A DNA stretch of 64,000 nt from Thermodesulfobacteriota bacterium (lineage in GTDB: Bacteria > Desulfobacterota_D > UBA1144 > Nemesobacterales > UBA2774). How positions within the stretch are numbered: the stretch's first letter is position 1; every line of letters begins with the position of its first letter. The position numbers and the translations under genes were made by a program. The notes beneath the pieces are model-generated. The model searched no databases, was not told where the DNA came from, and worked only from the letters and a program-made list of their open reading frames with translations. Location of the stretch: positions 1,024,001 to 1,088,000 of the forward strand of contig OY729416.1 in NCBI GenBank assembly GCA_963422265.1. The letters run 5' to 3'. Below, piece after piece: positions 39,349 to 50,417 of the stretch.

Positions 39349-40863
39349 TCAGAAATCGCCCAATTGACTCTTAAGTTCATCAAGAGCTTTGGTGACGCTT
39401 GCCCTAAGCTCATCTGAAATCTGTTTTTGAGTTCTAATCACATCCAGCAGGCTCGCATACTTTGATTCAAAAAATGAATAAAGCTCTTTCTCATATTTCT
39501 TTACCGATTCTACAGAGTAGTCATCCACGTAGCCGTTCGTAACTGCGAATATAATCAGCACCTGTTTCTCAACCGCAAGCGGCTCGTACTGACCCTGCTT
39601 AAGGGCTTCTACTAATCTGCTCCCACGAGCGAGCTGAGCCTGGGTCGCCTTGTCAAGGTCTGAAGCAAACTGTGAGAAAGCCTCGACCTCTCTATACTGC
39701 GCAAGCTCAAGCCTTAACGTTCCAGCAACGCTCTTCATCGCCTTTATCTGCGCGGAACCGCCAACCCTTGATACAGAAAGTCCAACGTTAATAGCGGGAC
39801 GGACACCAGAGTAAAAGAGATCGCTCTCAAGGTATATCTGACCATCCGTAATTGAAATCACATTTGTAGGAATGTAGGCGGATACGTCTCCTGCCTGAGT
39901 TTCTATAATAGGCAGTGCCGTAAGAGAACCCCCTCCATCCTCGTCCCTCATTTTAGCGGCGCGCTCAAGCAGTCTCGAGTGAAGATAGAAAACGTCTCCG
40001 GGATAAGCCTCACGTCCGGGTGGTCTTCTGAGAAGCAAAGAAAGCTGTCTGTAAGCCCATGCGTGTTTTGTAAGATCGTCATAAATAACGAGAGCGTGCC
40101 TTCCCGTATCGCGAAAATGCTCTCCAAGGGCGCATCCAGCATAAGGAGCGATAAACTGAAACGGCGCCGGATCGCTTGCGGTAGCGGCGACTACCGTCGT
40201 ATATTCCATAGCTCCGTGCTCTTTTAATTTATCAACAACCTGTGCCACGGTTGACTGCTTTTGCCCTATCGCAACGTAAATACAGTAAACGTCCTCTTCC
40301 TTTTGGTTAATTATAGTATCCACCGCTATCGCCGTCTTGCCAATCTGACGGTCGCCGAGTATGAGCTCTCTTTGCCCTCTACCTATCGGGATCATGGTGT
40401 CAATAGACTTAATACCCGTCTGAAGAGGCTCGCTAACCGACTGCCTATAAACGACACCCGGAGCCTTAAGCTCAATCAATCTCGCCTCAGAGGTCTCGAT
40501 CTCTCCCTTTCCGTCAATTGGCTGTCCGAGAGCATTCACGACGCGACCCTTCATTACGTCGCCCACGGGAACCTCAGCGATTTTATCGGTTCTTTTTACG
40601 AGATCACCTTCCTGAACCTCGGTATCTTCTCCGAATAAGGCGATACCCACGTTATCCTCTTCCAGATTGAGCACAAGCCCCATTATACCACTTGCGAATT
40701 CAACCAACTCCCCTGCCATTGCACGGTCGAGCCCATAGGCGCGAGCCACTCCATCACCGATCGAAATAACGGTGCCTACTTCTGACGTCTCTATCTTGGT
40801 CTCGTACCCTTTAATCCTGTTTCTTAGTATTTCCCCTATTTGCTCTATCTTAGCTTCCTGCAT
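39349..40863 (-). CDS. atpA: ATP synthase alpha
   Basis: [32 protein letters not shown]. Confidence 0.98.
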   Translation of the reverse strand: MQEAKIEQIGEILRNRIKGYETKIETSEVGTVISIGDGVARAYGLDRAMAGELVEFASGIMGLVLNLEEDNVGIALFGEDTEVQEGDLVKRTDKIAEVPVGDVMKGRVVNALGQPIDGKGEIETSEARLIELKAPGVVYRQSVSEPLQTGIKSIDTMIPIGRGQRELILGDRQIGKTAIAVDTIINQKEEDVYCIYVAIGQKQSTVAQVVDKLKEHGAMEYTTVVAATASDPAPFQFIAPYAGCALGEHFRDTGRHALVIYDDLTKHAWAYRQLSLLLRRPPGREAYPGDVFYLHSRLLERAAKMRDEDGGGSLTALPIIETQAGDVSAYIPTNVISITDGQIYLESDLFYSGVRPAINVGLSVSRVGGSAQIKAMKSVAGTLRLELAQYREVEAFSQFASDLDKATQAQLARGSRLVEALKQGQYEPLAVEKQVLIIFAVTNGYVDDYSVESVKKYEKELYSFFESKYASLLDVIRTQKQISDELRASVTKALDELKSQLGDF

Positions 40864-40921
40864 ATTTAACGCTCCTTGACATTATTGAATAACAAGCCTT
40901 TATTCGGACACACAGGCTTGA

Positions 40922-41464
40922 CTAGGATTGAGAAAGGACGCTCCTTATTCTTTCGAGCTGGAACTTAATACTACCGTCAAATACTTTATCTTCAACCTTT
41001 ACAATAACTCCGCCGATTATATCCGGAGCGACCCTTGATTCTATTTCTACGTTACGTCCCATTACTTGGGTTAATTTCTCTTTAATGTCCGATAAGTCTT
41101 CTTCCGAAGCCTGCGTCGCCGTAACAACCTCCGCCCTAAGCCTCCCTGACGCTTTTATCAGCTTGTGAATAAACGTCCTCTCAGATAGAATAAGGGCTTT
41201 GAACTTGTTAAGCTCAAGAGCCAGAGTCAAAAAGTTTAGCACTAGTGAGTCGTATCCTTGCCGTCTGCATACGTCAGCGGTGATGCCCGTTCTCTCAGGG
41301 AGCCTAAAAGTTGAACTACAAAGTATTTTTCTCACCTCTTCGTTATCAGAAACAAGGGAAAAGAATCCTTCCATATCGGACGTCACCTTATCAAGCTTGC
41401 CCTCTTGCCTAGCACTCTGGATTAGCGCTTCTGTAAGATCCCTTAGCGTTGCGATCGATCCCAT
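40922..41464 (-). CDS. atpH: ATP synthase delta
   Basis: IIGGVIVKV.D.VFDGS; synteny. Confidence 0.9.
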   Translation of the reverse strand: MGSIATLRDLTEALIQSARQEGKLDKVTSDMEGFFSLVSDNEEVRKILCSSTFRLPERTGITADVCRRQGYDSLVLNFLTLALELNKFKALILSERTFIHKLIKASGRLRAEVVTATQASEEDLSDIKEKLTQVMGRNVEIESRVAPDIIGGVIVKVEDKVFDGSIKFQLERIRSVLSQS

Positions 41465-42003
41465 TTCTCTCCCTCTAGTTCTAAACTAGCGGTGAACTCA
41501 CGTATGAACCTTCGCTCATCGGATTTATCTAACCTTTGTCTAATTAAACCCTCGGCGTGCAGAAGCACCTGGGCAAGCGCTTTTGATTGGATTTCTCGTC
41601 TCGCCCTGCTCATTTGAAGCTCTATTGCCTCTATAGCTTCCTTCTTTATGTTTTGAGACGCCGCTTCTGCCTGTCTTATTATCTCCCGCCTCTCAGCCTG
41701 ACCCTGCTCACGTATAGCTTCTTTCAGCAAACTAACCTCATCTTCTATAGACTCTAATTTCTGAGCGTATTCCCCATACTTATTTTTAGCCTCAGCGATT
41801 CGCCTCTGAGCCTCGTCTATCTCATTCCCTATCTTAGTTCGCCTTTGAACCACAAACTTCCTTACAGGTGTCCTTAGGAAATAAACGAGAACGCCAAGAA
41901 GAATAAAAAGGTTTAACGCATACTCTAATACGAATCGCCAATTAAAAGTGCCGCCATCACTAGCACCTGTAATTATTAGATTTAACGCTTCTAAGCCTAC
42001 CAA
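41443..42003 (-). CDS. atpF: ATP synthase subunit b
   Basis: N-terminal TM helix + coiled coil; synteny. Confidence 0.85.
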   Translation of the reverse strand: MVGLEALNLIITGASDGGTFNWRFVLEYALNLFILLGVLVYFLRTPVRKFVVQRRTKIGNEIDEAQRRIAEAKNKYGEYAQKLESIEDEVSLLKEAIREQGQAERREIIRQAEAASQNIKKEAIEAIELQMSRARREIQSKALAQVLLHAEGLIRQRLDKSDERRFIREFTASLELEGEKWDRSQR

Positions 42004-42518
42004 CTACCGTTTACCTCCCTGCCTAACACCTTAGAAGCCACGTCTTTTGCCAGAACTTCCACGTCAGAGTCAATCCTCTTCTTTATCTCTTCTGTCTCAG
42101 CTTTGAGCCTACTCTTGGCATCCTCAAGCAAACTAGCCGTCTCCTCTCTTGCCCTCGTCGTTAACCCGTTAGCTATAGCTTCCCCGTCCCTCACCAGATT
42201 GTTTCTTTCTTCGGTCGCCTGCTCTCTCGCTTTGGCTAACCTCGCCTCATAGGCCTCTATTATATTTCTAACCTTCTCGTCAAGCTCCCGAGCCTCTTGT
42301 AACGCGCCTTCCGTGAGCTTTTCCCTCCTGTCTATCACATCCATAAAAGGCCTAAAAACAAGCTTATTTAAGATAAATATAGCAGCTATGAAAATTATGA
42401 CTTGAATGAATACAGTTTTATCTACGCTTAGTATATCTTCCGAAGCGGCAAGGGCATTTGAGCCACTTATCGTAAGCGAACCTAATAGTATAGCAATAAA
42501 CCTTGTATATCTAAGCAT
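41997..42518 (-). CDS. ATP synthase subunit b'
   Basis: TM helix, LNKLVFRP....DRRE, coiled coil; second b-type gene. Confidence 0.85.
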   Translation of the reverse strand: MLRYTRFIAILLGSLTISGSNALAASEDILSVDKTVFIQVIIFIAAIFILNKLVFRPFMDVIDRREKLTEGALQEARELDEKVRNIIEAYEARLAKAREQATEERNNLVRDGEAIANGLTTRAREETASLLEDAKSRLKAETEEIKKRIDSDVEVLAKDVASKVLGREVNGSW

Positions 42519-42552
42519 GACGAGAATTCTCTACTTTCCCTCTCAATGATGA

Positions 42553-43836
42553 CTATAAAGACCGTCTAATCATACTCCCATTCTTTGAAAAAGCAATTTT
42601 AAGAAGCGGCGGAGCTATAAACGTAGTTAGCATGACCATTACAGTAATAGCAGAAAACATTTTGGACGTAAAAATCCCATAGCTAAGACCTACTTGAGCG
42701 AAAATCAACCCTACTTCCCCCCTCGGAATCATTCCAAAGCCTATAGCACTTTTGTTAATTCCTTTCTTGAAAACCACCAAGCCACTTACGTATTTACCTA
42801 TTACCGCTAAGATGAATAATACAATCGCAATTGAGAGAATAGGAACGTTCCCACTTATAAAAGGGTTTAATACATTAATATCCACCGCCGCTCCTACCAT
42901 TATGAAGAATATTGGCGTAAAAACGTCCGAGACGGGTTTAATTTTTTCCTCTATAGACTTAGCCTGATGCGTACTTGCCAAAACAAGCCCTGCCGCGAAC
43001 GCCCCCACAATCGGGGCTAAACCTACCAGACTTGCCAGAAATGAAAAGAGTAACGCAAAGGCGAGCATCGATAATAAAAGAACCCCGCGCACACGCATTT
43101 TTTCAACCAGCTTAAAGAGCTTTTTAGAAATCAAGTTTCCGATAACTATCGCAGCGATAAGAAATGCAAAGGATTTAAGAAATATGATTCCCACACTGCC
43201 CGCTGACAAGCTGATACCCGACCCGCCGCTTTGCGACGCCTCAATCAATCCGCTCACAATCCCTAAAATAATAAGGCCTAGGACGTCGTCTATTACAGCA
43301 GCCCCTAAAATGATACGTGCTTCACCACTTTGAAGCTTATTCATATCCGAGAGAACCCTAGCGGTAATTCCCACGCTTGTGGCGGTCAACGTAGCCCCAA
43401 CTGCTATCGCTATCAGAATATTTGCATTAGGGTCAGCGCTTCCAATAAGTCCAAATTCCTCAAAAGCTAGAATGCTCGCAAATCCAAAGGCAAATGGAAC
43501 GACAATGCCTACAATCGCAACTAAAACTGAAGTTGCCCCAACCTTGAGCAAGCTCCTAAGATCAGTTTCAAGCCCGATTTCAAATAACAGTATTGCGACC
43601 CCAACCTCTGCTAAGAGATGAAAAACGTCATACCCCGCCATACCCGGTATAGAGGGGACAATGGCAAGAACGCTCCCACCGAGTATCACCCCCGCAATAA
43701 GCTCTCCTAAGACGGAAGGTTGCTTGACGCGTTCTGCTAATTCCCCGAATATCTTGGAAAAAACGAAGATCAGCACAAGCGCTATAAAAAAGTTTTCAAC
43801 GGTGTAGTGCCCCGCTGCAGCTTTCTCTATACTCAT
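42553..43836 (-). CDS. Cation:proton antiporter (CPA2/NapA-like)
   Basis: LLFEIGLE, ATSVGIT, AAVIDDV, GMIPRGEVG; many TM helices. Confidence 0.9.
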   Translation of the reverse strand: MSIEKAAAGHYTVENFFIALVLIFVFSKIFGELAERVKQPSVLGELIAGVILGGSVLAIVPSIPGMAGYDVFHLLAEVGVAILLFEIGLETDLRSLLKVGATSVLVAIVGIVVPFAFGFASILAFEEFGLIGSADPNANILIAIAVGATLTATSVGITARVLSDMNKLQSGEARIILGAAVIDDVLGLIILGIVSGLIEASQSGGSGISLSAGSVGIIFLKSFAFLIAAIVIGNLISKKLFKLVEKMRVRGVLLLSMLAFALLFSFLASLVGLAPIVGAFAAGLVLASTHQAKSIEEKIKPVSDVFTPIFFIMVGAAVDINVLNPFISGNVPILSIAIVLFILAVIGKYVSGLVVFKKGINKSAIGFGMIPRGEVGLIFAQVGLSYGIFTSKMFSAITVMVMLTTFIAPPLLKIAFSKNGSMIRRSL

Positions 43837-44030
43837 TTGCGGATAAAATTCCTCAGCAGAAGATTTGCTAAAAATCGCAAGTATTTAACACGGGATATTA
43901 TCGGTGTCAAATATATCCACACATTACGCAGATATATCCCCCAGTAATGATGTCTAGTGCATACAATCATACGATACGACCCGATTACCATAATAACGCA
44001 TAAGGTCGGACTTAATTATCTAATCTAACA

Positions 44031-45056
44031 CTAAGACAAGGAGACTGTCTTAGCACCCTTCCGCTTTTCAATTTCAAGATCAAGCTCGGTGCGAACCCCT
44101 ATGGAATGTAAAACCTCATTCGCTTCCTGAAGGCTCTTTGAATTAGATACGGTTCTTGCCAGCTTTGAAAGCTTCTCATAGACGACGGAGGTAGAAAAAT
44201 AATAGGTTACCGTTGATGAGATTGAGGGTTTGACCATCCTAGTTCCGCTCCTTATAGTGCCTTGCTCAAACTCCCCTCTTGCATAACGGACGGGCGCTCT
44301 GCTAGCTTCGGTAGGCACTACGGAAATAAGATCTTCCATAATGGAAAGGGCTTCGCGCGTTATGCCCCAACTGCCTAAGACGCCTTCCTCCCTAGCTAAT
44401 ATCCTTATTGAACGTTCTAGCTCTTCATGGGAAAGCTCCCCGTCGCTCCCAAACCCGAATAGCCCCATAAATGTTGTAATCTGAGCGTCAGCCATTGCTA
44501 TAGCCGCAGTCATTACTGAGTCGGCAAGTGGACTCATAAGGCCAGGTTCATCACCCTGAGCGAGAAAATCACCTCCCACGTCTATGCCAACTACGAGATC
44601 GGCTCCAAGTTTCTCCGCCGCGTTCAAAATACCTTCTGCGATCTTCTTGGGACCACCGTTAATGCCTAAAAGCAACGTCTCTCGCCCCAAAACCTGAGAG
44701 AAACCAGCCTCCGCAAACCTAACCCCTGTGCTCGTAACGGTATCTTTATTAGCGCACCAAACTACTTCATTTAGTTTCCGCGTATTTCTAATCTCCTCAA
44801 AAGACCTGGGCCCGGGCACCGGATCCAAGACCGATCTCTCCCAAGGAAGCCCTGCAAATACGCACTTCACGCCAAACATACTTAGAAGATCATAGGTAGG
44901 AATTGTCCCAACAACGTCCCCTCCTCCCCCGATCCCTATGAGTATAGCTTTACTAGAGCTTTTAATTATGCGCTCAAGCGACGCAGTTCTAGGCAACCAT
45001 TGTCTCCGCAAGGAAAGTTTTCGCTCCGCATATCTCAATGCTGTATATCCAATCAA
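44031..45056 (-). CDS. DUF1152-family protein (true start probably downstream)
   Basis: GIGGGGDV, GIDVGGD, SPLAD, G.DGEL. Confidence 0.75.
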   Translation of the reverse strand: MIGYTALRYAERKLSLRRQWLPRTASLERIIKSSSKAILIGIGGGGDVVGTIPTYDLLSMFGVKCVFAGLPWERSVLDPVPGPRSFEEIRNTRKLNEVVWCANKDTVTSTGVRFAEAGFSQVLGRETLLLGINGGPKKIAEGILNAAEKLGADLVVGIDVGGDFLAQGDEPGLMSPLADSVMTAAIAMADAQITTFMGLFGFGSDGELSHEELERSIRILAREEGVLGSWGITREALSIMEDLISVVPTEASRAPVRYARGEFEQGTIRSGTRMVKPSISSTVTYYFSTSVVYEKLSKLARTVSNSKSLQEANEVLHSIGVRTELDLEIEKRKGAKTVSLS

Positions 45057-45130
45057 GTAGAGAATGAATGTATTTCTTCACTCTGAAATCGTTTCAAGGC
45101 CAGAATGGCGAAATTAGGTAATAGCAATAG

Positions 45131-46855
45131 CTATCGTTTAAGCTTATACCCCACTTTTTGCATGTCCCAAGCGTCTTTGGTAATACCCTTCTCGCGGAGC
45201 TTATTTTTCTGCACCCTTTGGGTCCCGGTTTTGGGAAGTGATTTTTCAAACCTAATAAACCTAGGAATCATAAAATAAGGCATTTTCGGTTCAAGAAACC
45301 GTATAAGATTTTCGGGATCGATTTTTCTATCTTTCTTAGGCACAACCACTATCATTAGCTCGTCTTCAGCGTAATGTCCGGCCTCAGCCTTCACCCCTAT
45401 AGCCCCAGACTCCTCGACATCAGGATGAGCGTTGACGATTTTCTCAACCTCAAATGAGCTTATATTCTCTCCCCGCCTTCTGATGTAGTCCTTCACCCTA
45501 TCTACAAAGTATATATATCCATCCTTGTCCATACATCCTGCATCTCCCGTGTGAAACCAGAAATTACGGAAGTCCTGAACGGTCTTTTCCGGCATCTTAT
45601 TATAGTAATAGAGCATAACGTTAGGAGTTCTAGGACGCACTATTATTTCTCCGATCTGTCCCCTTGGAACCTCTTCGTCAGTTTCAGGATCGGCGATCTT
45701 AATCTCATACCCCGGAGCCTCCTTACCACACGAACCTACCCTGAAAGGCTCGCCCGGTCGCATCCAAGTGCACTGCCCTATTTCAGTAAGACCATAACCT
45801 TCCATAAACCTAATATTAAACCTCTCCATAAACTCCTCTATTATGTCGTGAGGCGCAGGAGAACCCAGAACGAGCTTTACCTTGTGCTGTTTTTCCTCGG
45901 GAACCGGGGGCGTGTTCCACATAAAATAAGAAATAGTTCCTACGATATTAAATTTAGTAACCCCATGATCCACCATCCATTTCCAGAAGCTGCTAGCGCT
46001 GTATTTCTCTTCAATGACAGCTTTGGCACCCATTATCAGGGCTGGATATACAGTCATCACCATTGCGTTTGAGTGAAAGAGCGGCAAGCATGTAAAACAA
46101 ACGTCGTTAGGTCCCACGTCCATTATCTGGACATAGTTATAAGCGCTTGAGTAATCGGCGGCGCAAGGCCTTACCACCCCTTTTGACCTTCCCGTTGTGC
46201 CTGACGTGTACATAAGCCTCGCATGATCTATAAACGTAATTTCAACCCCTGGATCAGAAGCCTTCTGCCCTTCTACAAACTCGGCATAAGAGTTCATCGT
46301 TTTAAAGTCGTATCCATGCCTGTCAAAATCTTCCCCGCCGTCTCTAGTCCATACGATTACGCGTTCTAGTTGCGGAATTCTTTCCGCTATAGGGGGCATA
46401 CGATCGAGGTATTCCTCAGCGATAAATAAGACCTTTGAATCTGAGCTATCTATTATGTATTGCAAAAAATCCATCTTGTATCCGGTGTTGATTGGAACCA
46501 TCACGGCACCCATCTTCAATATGCCAAACCATATAATTACGTAGTCGTCGGAATTAGGCATATATACGGCGACTTTATCGCCTTTCGCTACGCCTACGCT
46601 TAGGAGCCCGTTTGCAATTTGATTTGACAACTGATTAGTTTTGTAAAAGCTAATAGGCTTGTTGTATCCAAACTGCAAGAATGGCTTCTTGCCTAGCTTT
46701 TTTGCCCGCGCTTTTAATACCTTAGGCAGTACCCAATCGGATTTATCCTGACCCAGATACCACTCAACGTCGAACTTTCCGTTCTCTCTCTTATAAGTAA
46801 CTGCGTGGTGTAAATCCTTAGATGGTTTGGGTTTATCTTTAGCGTTTTTTGCCAC
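45131..46855 (-). CDS. AMP-dependent acyl-CoA ligase (CaiC-like)
   Basis: YTSGTTGRSKG, YGLTE, WFHTGD, DR.KD.IRRRGENISS.EVE. Confidence 0.9.
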   Translation of the reverse strand: MAKNAKDKPKPSKDLHHAVTYKRENGKFDVEWYLGQDKSDWVLPKVLKARAKKLGKKPFLQFGYNKPISFYKTNQLSNQIANGLLSVGVAKGDKVAVYMPNSDDYVIIWFGILKMGAVMVPINTGYKMDFLQYIIDSSDSKVLFIAEEYLDRMPPIAERIPQLERVIVWTRDGGEDFDRHGYDFKTMNSYAEFVEGQKASDPGVEITFIDHARLMYTSGTTGRSKGVVRPCAADYSSAYNYVQIMDVGPNDVCFTCLPLFHSNAMVMTVYPALIMGAKAVIEEKYSASSFWKWMVDHGVTKFNIVGTISYFMWNTPPVPEEKQHKVKLVLGSPAPHDIIEEFMERFNIRFMEGYGLTEIGQCTWMRPGEPFRVGSCGKEAPGYEIKIADPETDEEVPRGQIGEIIVRPRTPNVMLYYYNKMPEKTVQDFRNFWFHTGDAGCMDKDGYIYFVDRVKDYIRRRGENISSFEVEKIVNAHPDVEESGAIGVKAEAGHYAEDELMIVVVPKKDRKIDPENLIRFLEPKMPYFMIPRFIRFEKSLPKTGTQRVQKNKLREKGITKDAWDMQKVGYKLKR

Positions 46856-46968
46856 GATCCTCGCCTCAATCTCTTTTATGACGCTAGTCAGTTTACAATG
46901 TTACTCAATAAAGGCAACGTTTCAAAAGGAAGCCCTCCCTACCATTGTAAATAAATCCGTAGGAGGAG

Positions 46969-47706
46969 CTAGCTACCACTATCCTTTTTCCTGCCAAACA
47001 TCCACGCTACTAATATGCCCAACTCGTAAAAGACGATTATCGGAATCAGCATAAACAGCATAGACACCACATCCGTGGTAGGAGTAAGCGCAGCCGCTAC
47101 GACAGCACTTATCAGAATAGCGTATTTTCTTTTTTCCTGAAGCCACGCGCTTGTTACGATTCCAGCCTTGGATAGAATGAAGATGATAACGGGAAACTCA
47201 AAGACAAGACCGAAGCCAAAGATAAGTGCCATAAAGAATGAGAGCGCCTCACGTATGCTGGGAAACGCCTTTACGTATTCTGAAGAATACTCGTTAAGTA
47301 AAAACCTAAAAGCTGGAGGGGAGGCTATGTAATAACAGAAGAGAGCACCAAGTGCGAAAAACAACGACCCGAAAAAAATAAAAGGAGTTATTATTCGCTT
47401 TTCATGCTTATAGAGCCCGGGAGCAATAAACTTCCAGCCTTGATAAAGGATAAAAGGGACAGATAATACGAGAGAGGTAAAGAAGGAGACCTTAAGGTAA
47501 GTAGTAAAACCCTCAGCAGGCTTTGTGAAAATTAGGGAGCTTCCCTCGGGCAGATTTTCAATTATAGGCATCATTAGAGAATCAAACACCCTCTCGGAAA
47601 AAACATAGGCCGGAATAAAGAAGAGCAGCACGGAAAGAAGCGATAACAATATACGCTTTCTCAACTCGGCAAGGTGATCTAAAAAAGTCATCTTAGGCTC
47701 TTTCAT
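46969..47706 (-). CDS. tatC: Twin-arginine translocase subunit
   Basis: HLAELRKR, W.FIAPGLY..E, FEFP, TP..D. Confidence 0.95.
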   Translation of the reverse strand: MKEPKMTFLDHLAELRKRILLSLLSVLLFFIPAYVFSERVFDSLMMPIIENLPEGSSLIFTKPAEGFTTYLKVSFFTSLVLSVPFILYQGWKFIAPGLYKHEKRIITPFIFFGSLFFALGALFCYYIASPPAFRFLLNEYSSEYVKAFPSIREALSFFMALIFGFGLVFEFPVIIFILSKAGIVTSAWLQEKRKYAILISAVVAAALTPTTDVVSMLFMLIPIIVFYELGILVAWMFGRKKDSGS

Positions 47707-48034
47707 TATCCTGAGGCGGAAGGTTAACTCAATTGGTGGTCGTACTCAATCCCTTAGCCAGCCAAGCATACTTGTGATCATCTTAGCCAAATTAGACGGA
47801 GACACTCCTAACGAAGCCTCACAATATGTGGTGAAATTATTTCTAACCGCATCTCAAAGAGAGTGAGTTCAGGAGCAATCACACAAAATATTTAAGACGG
47901 ACATTATGCACGTCACAAACCTTATATCAAAATGCTACGCACTGCCAAGGATCATTGACTCTTAACCGGTTCTGCGACATATTAAAGTTTAGAATCTATT
48001 TTAAGAACAGGATTAGAAATTAAACTAAAGTAAA

Positions 48035-49281
48035 ATGGCTTCCCACAAACAGCTAGATTTAGTGTGTGATGAATCTAAGCAGTTGAGCGCTCGTCAGTTG
48101 AATATTCTGTTATCGCCCAAACAGAATGGGACTGAAAGGGATGACTCTAGAAAATATCTCAGTTCGCTAGGAATTGAAATTACTGAAAATAGACAACCAA
48201 TTCAATTTATGCGCAATTCAAATGAGCTTATCCATCGGTGGTCGCCTTATGTGCAAGGTTTTTCTGCCCAATTTGTCCAAAGAATTCTAGACAAGTATAA
48301 AAACCAATATAAATCACCTGTGATCCTAGATCCATTTGCGGGAAGCGGGACAGTTCTAGTGCAATCAAAGCTAAACAACTTAGAATCACACGGTATAGAA
48401 ATTAATCCTTTACTGCACTTCATAGCAAGAACTAAAGTAAATACGTAGAGAACAAAACCATCTAAACTTCTTGAAATATATTCTAAAATTTCTCAAAGCC
48501 ATTACTTTGACGCTCCGAGCTTCTTAAAATCTGAAAGACAATTCAACTCAAGCGTCTTGAAGAATTTGGAAATAATAAAAGGTGGTATAGACAGCTTTGA
48601 GCCTAAGAATAAAGAAGAAGAGAACATCAAAGACTTAATGCTAGTAGCATTTTCAGCTATATTAATCGATTGTAGCAATCTAAAACGGACGCCATGCTTG
48701 GGATACAGCAAGAGAAAGAGAGTAGATGAAGGTGCTCCATTAAGATTGTACAAACGAAAGATTAATGAAATTGCCCATGATTTAAAAGTTTTGCAAAAGA
48801 GTTATGGAAAAAATGATACTGCAAGCAAAACCCATCTAGCAAATTCAAAAGATTATCAACATAATACAAGCTACGACTTGGTCTTAACTTCGCCCCCCTA
48901 TATGAATGGTCTTGATTACGTGATCAATTATAAAATCGAAATGGGATGGCTAGGATTCGCAGAAAATCACAACCAGTTAAAAAAATCAAGGATTCTATGG
49001 TCGTGTGTGACAACGTTTCTAAAGGACTAATAAAAACCTTTAATAGTAGCAAAAGATATAAAAATGAGTGGTTAGAAGAAATTATGCAAAATATTGAAAA
49101 CAACATAAGGAGACGGGGCACCTATCGTAGGCCTGATATGCCTGCAATCGTAAACAAATACTTTGATGATATGTACAAAGTCATGAAAAATGTTGTAGAT
49201 GCAATAAGTTGTGGTGGCAGGTTTATTAGCTTAGAAAATGTTCCGCGAAACCGTAGTAACACTCTGCAAAAACTAACTTGA
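48035..49281 (+). pseudogene. Decayed amino-DNA methyltransferase (SPPY, likely N4-cytosine)
   Basis: DPFAGSGT then TSPPY; in-frame TAG at 48446, frameshift at the A-run ~48980, apparently truncated C-terminus. Confidence 0.8.
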
Positions 49282-49529
49282 TCAGCGATGACAGGTAACA
49301 ACTTAGGATATCAGGACAACCCGGCTAAGGAGATAGTTTAATTAGCGAGATACAATAAACATATTCATTCGATTCAGTGAAAGAAGAATACTTATAGCCT
49401 ATAAAAACTCAGACTTAGATGTTACTGCTTTTGCTATCCAAACTTATAGAACAATAGACTGCCAAAATAAAACTATCAATATATATGGTATCTTTACCAC
49501 CCTAACCTTCTAAATCTTTGGGAAAACTT

Positions 49530-50417
49530 ATGACGTTTCAACAGCTAATACTAAACCTTCAGGATTTCTGGGCTAAGAAAGGCTGTATTATAATGCAGCC
49601 CTATGACGTTGAAAAGGGGGCAGGAACCTTTCATCCGGCGACTTTTCTCAGATGTCTAGGACCCGAACCCTGGCAGGTGGCTTACGTTGAGCCGTCAAGA
49701 CGCCCTACGGATGGAAGATATGGAGACAACCCAAATAGGCTTCAGCACTACTATCAATTTCAGGTCATAGTAAAACCCTCGCCCGCAAATATACAGGAGC
49801 TATATTTAGACAGTCTGAGGCATCTAGGAATTGACCCCTTAGTACATGATATAAGATTTGTAGAAGATGACTGGGAGTCCCCAACCCTTGGGGCTTGGGG
49901 GCTTGGGTGGGAAGTGTGGCTAGATGGTATGGAAATCACACAGTTCACCTATTTTCAGCAAGCAGGCGGTATAGACCTAAAACCCATATCGGCTGAAATT
50001 ACCTATGGAACGGAAAGGATAGCGATGTACCTACAATGCGTAGAGAGCGTTTACGACCTTGAATGGACAGAAGGCGTAACCTATGGGGAGATTCATCACA
50101 GAGAAGAATTTGAATTTTCCACTTATAACTTTGAGGAATCCGACGCCGAAATGCTTAGAGAACTATTTGATAAATTTGAGAAGGAATGCGGTAGGTTGGC
50201 GCAGAAGAGACTTCCTCTGCCCGCGTATGATTACTGCTTAAAATGCTCACACGCCTTTAACCTGCTTGACGCACGGGGAGCCATTGGAGTTGCCGAGCGT
50301 GCCTCATACATAGCTAAGGTAAGAACGCTGGCGAAGACATGCGCTGAAGGTTACCTAAGAGAAAGGGAGGAGATGGGATTTCCTCTTGCTAAAAAGAATC
50401 CATGGAAAAAGAGCTAA
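49530..50417 (+). CDS. glyQ: Glycyl-tRNA synthetase alpha
   Basis: [31 protein letters not shown]. Confidence 0.97.
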   Translation: MTFQQLILNLQDFWAKKGCIIMQPYDVEKGAGTFHPATFLRCLGPEPWQVAYVEPSRRPTDGRYGDNPNRLQHYYQFQVIVKPSPANIQELYLDSLRHLGIDPLVHDIRFVEDDWESPTLGAWGLGWEVWLDGMEITQFTYFQQAGGIDLKPISAEITYGTERIAMYLQCVESVYDLEWTEGVTYGEIHHREEFEFSTYNFEESDAEMLRELFDKFEKECGRLAQKRLPLPAYDYCLKCSHAFNLLDARGAIGVAERASYIAKVRTLAKTCAEGYLREREEMGFPLAKKNPWKKS

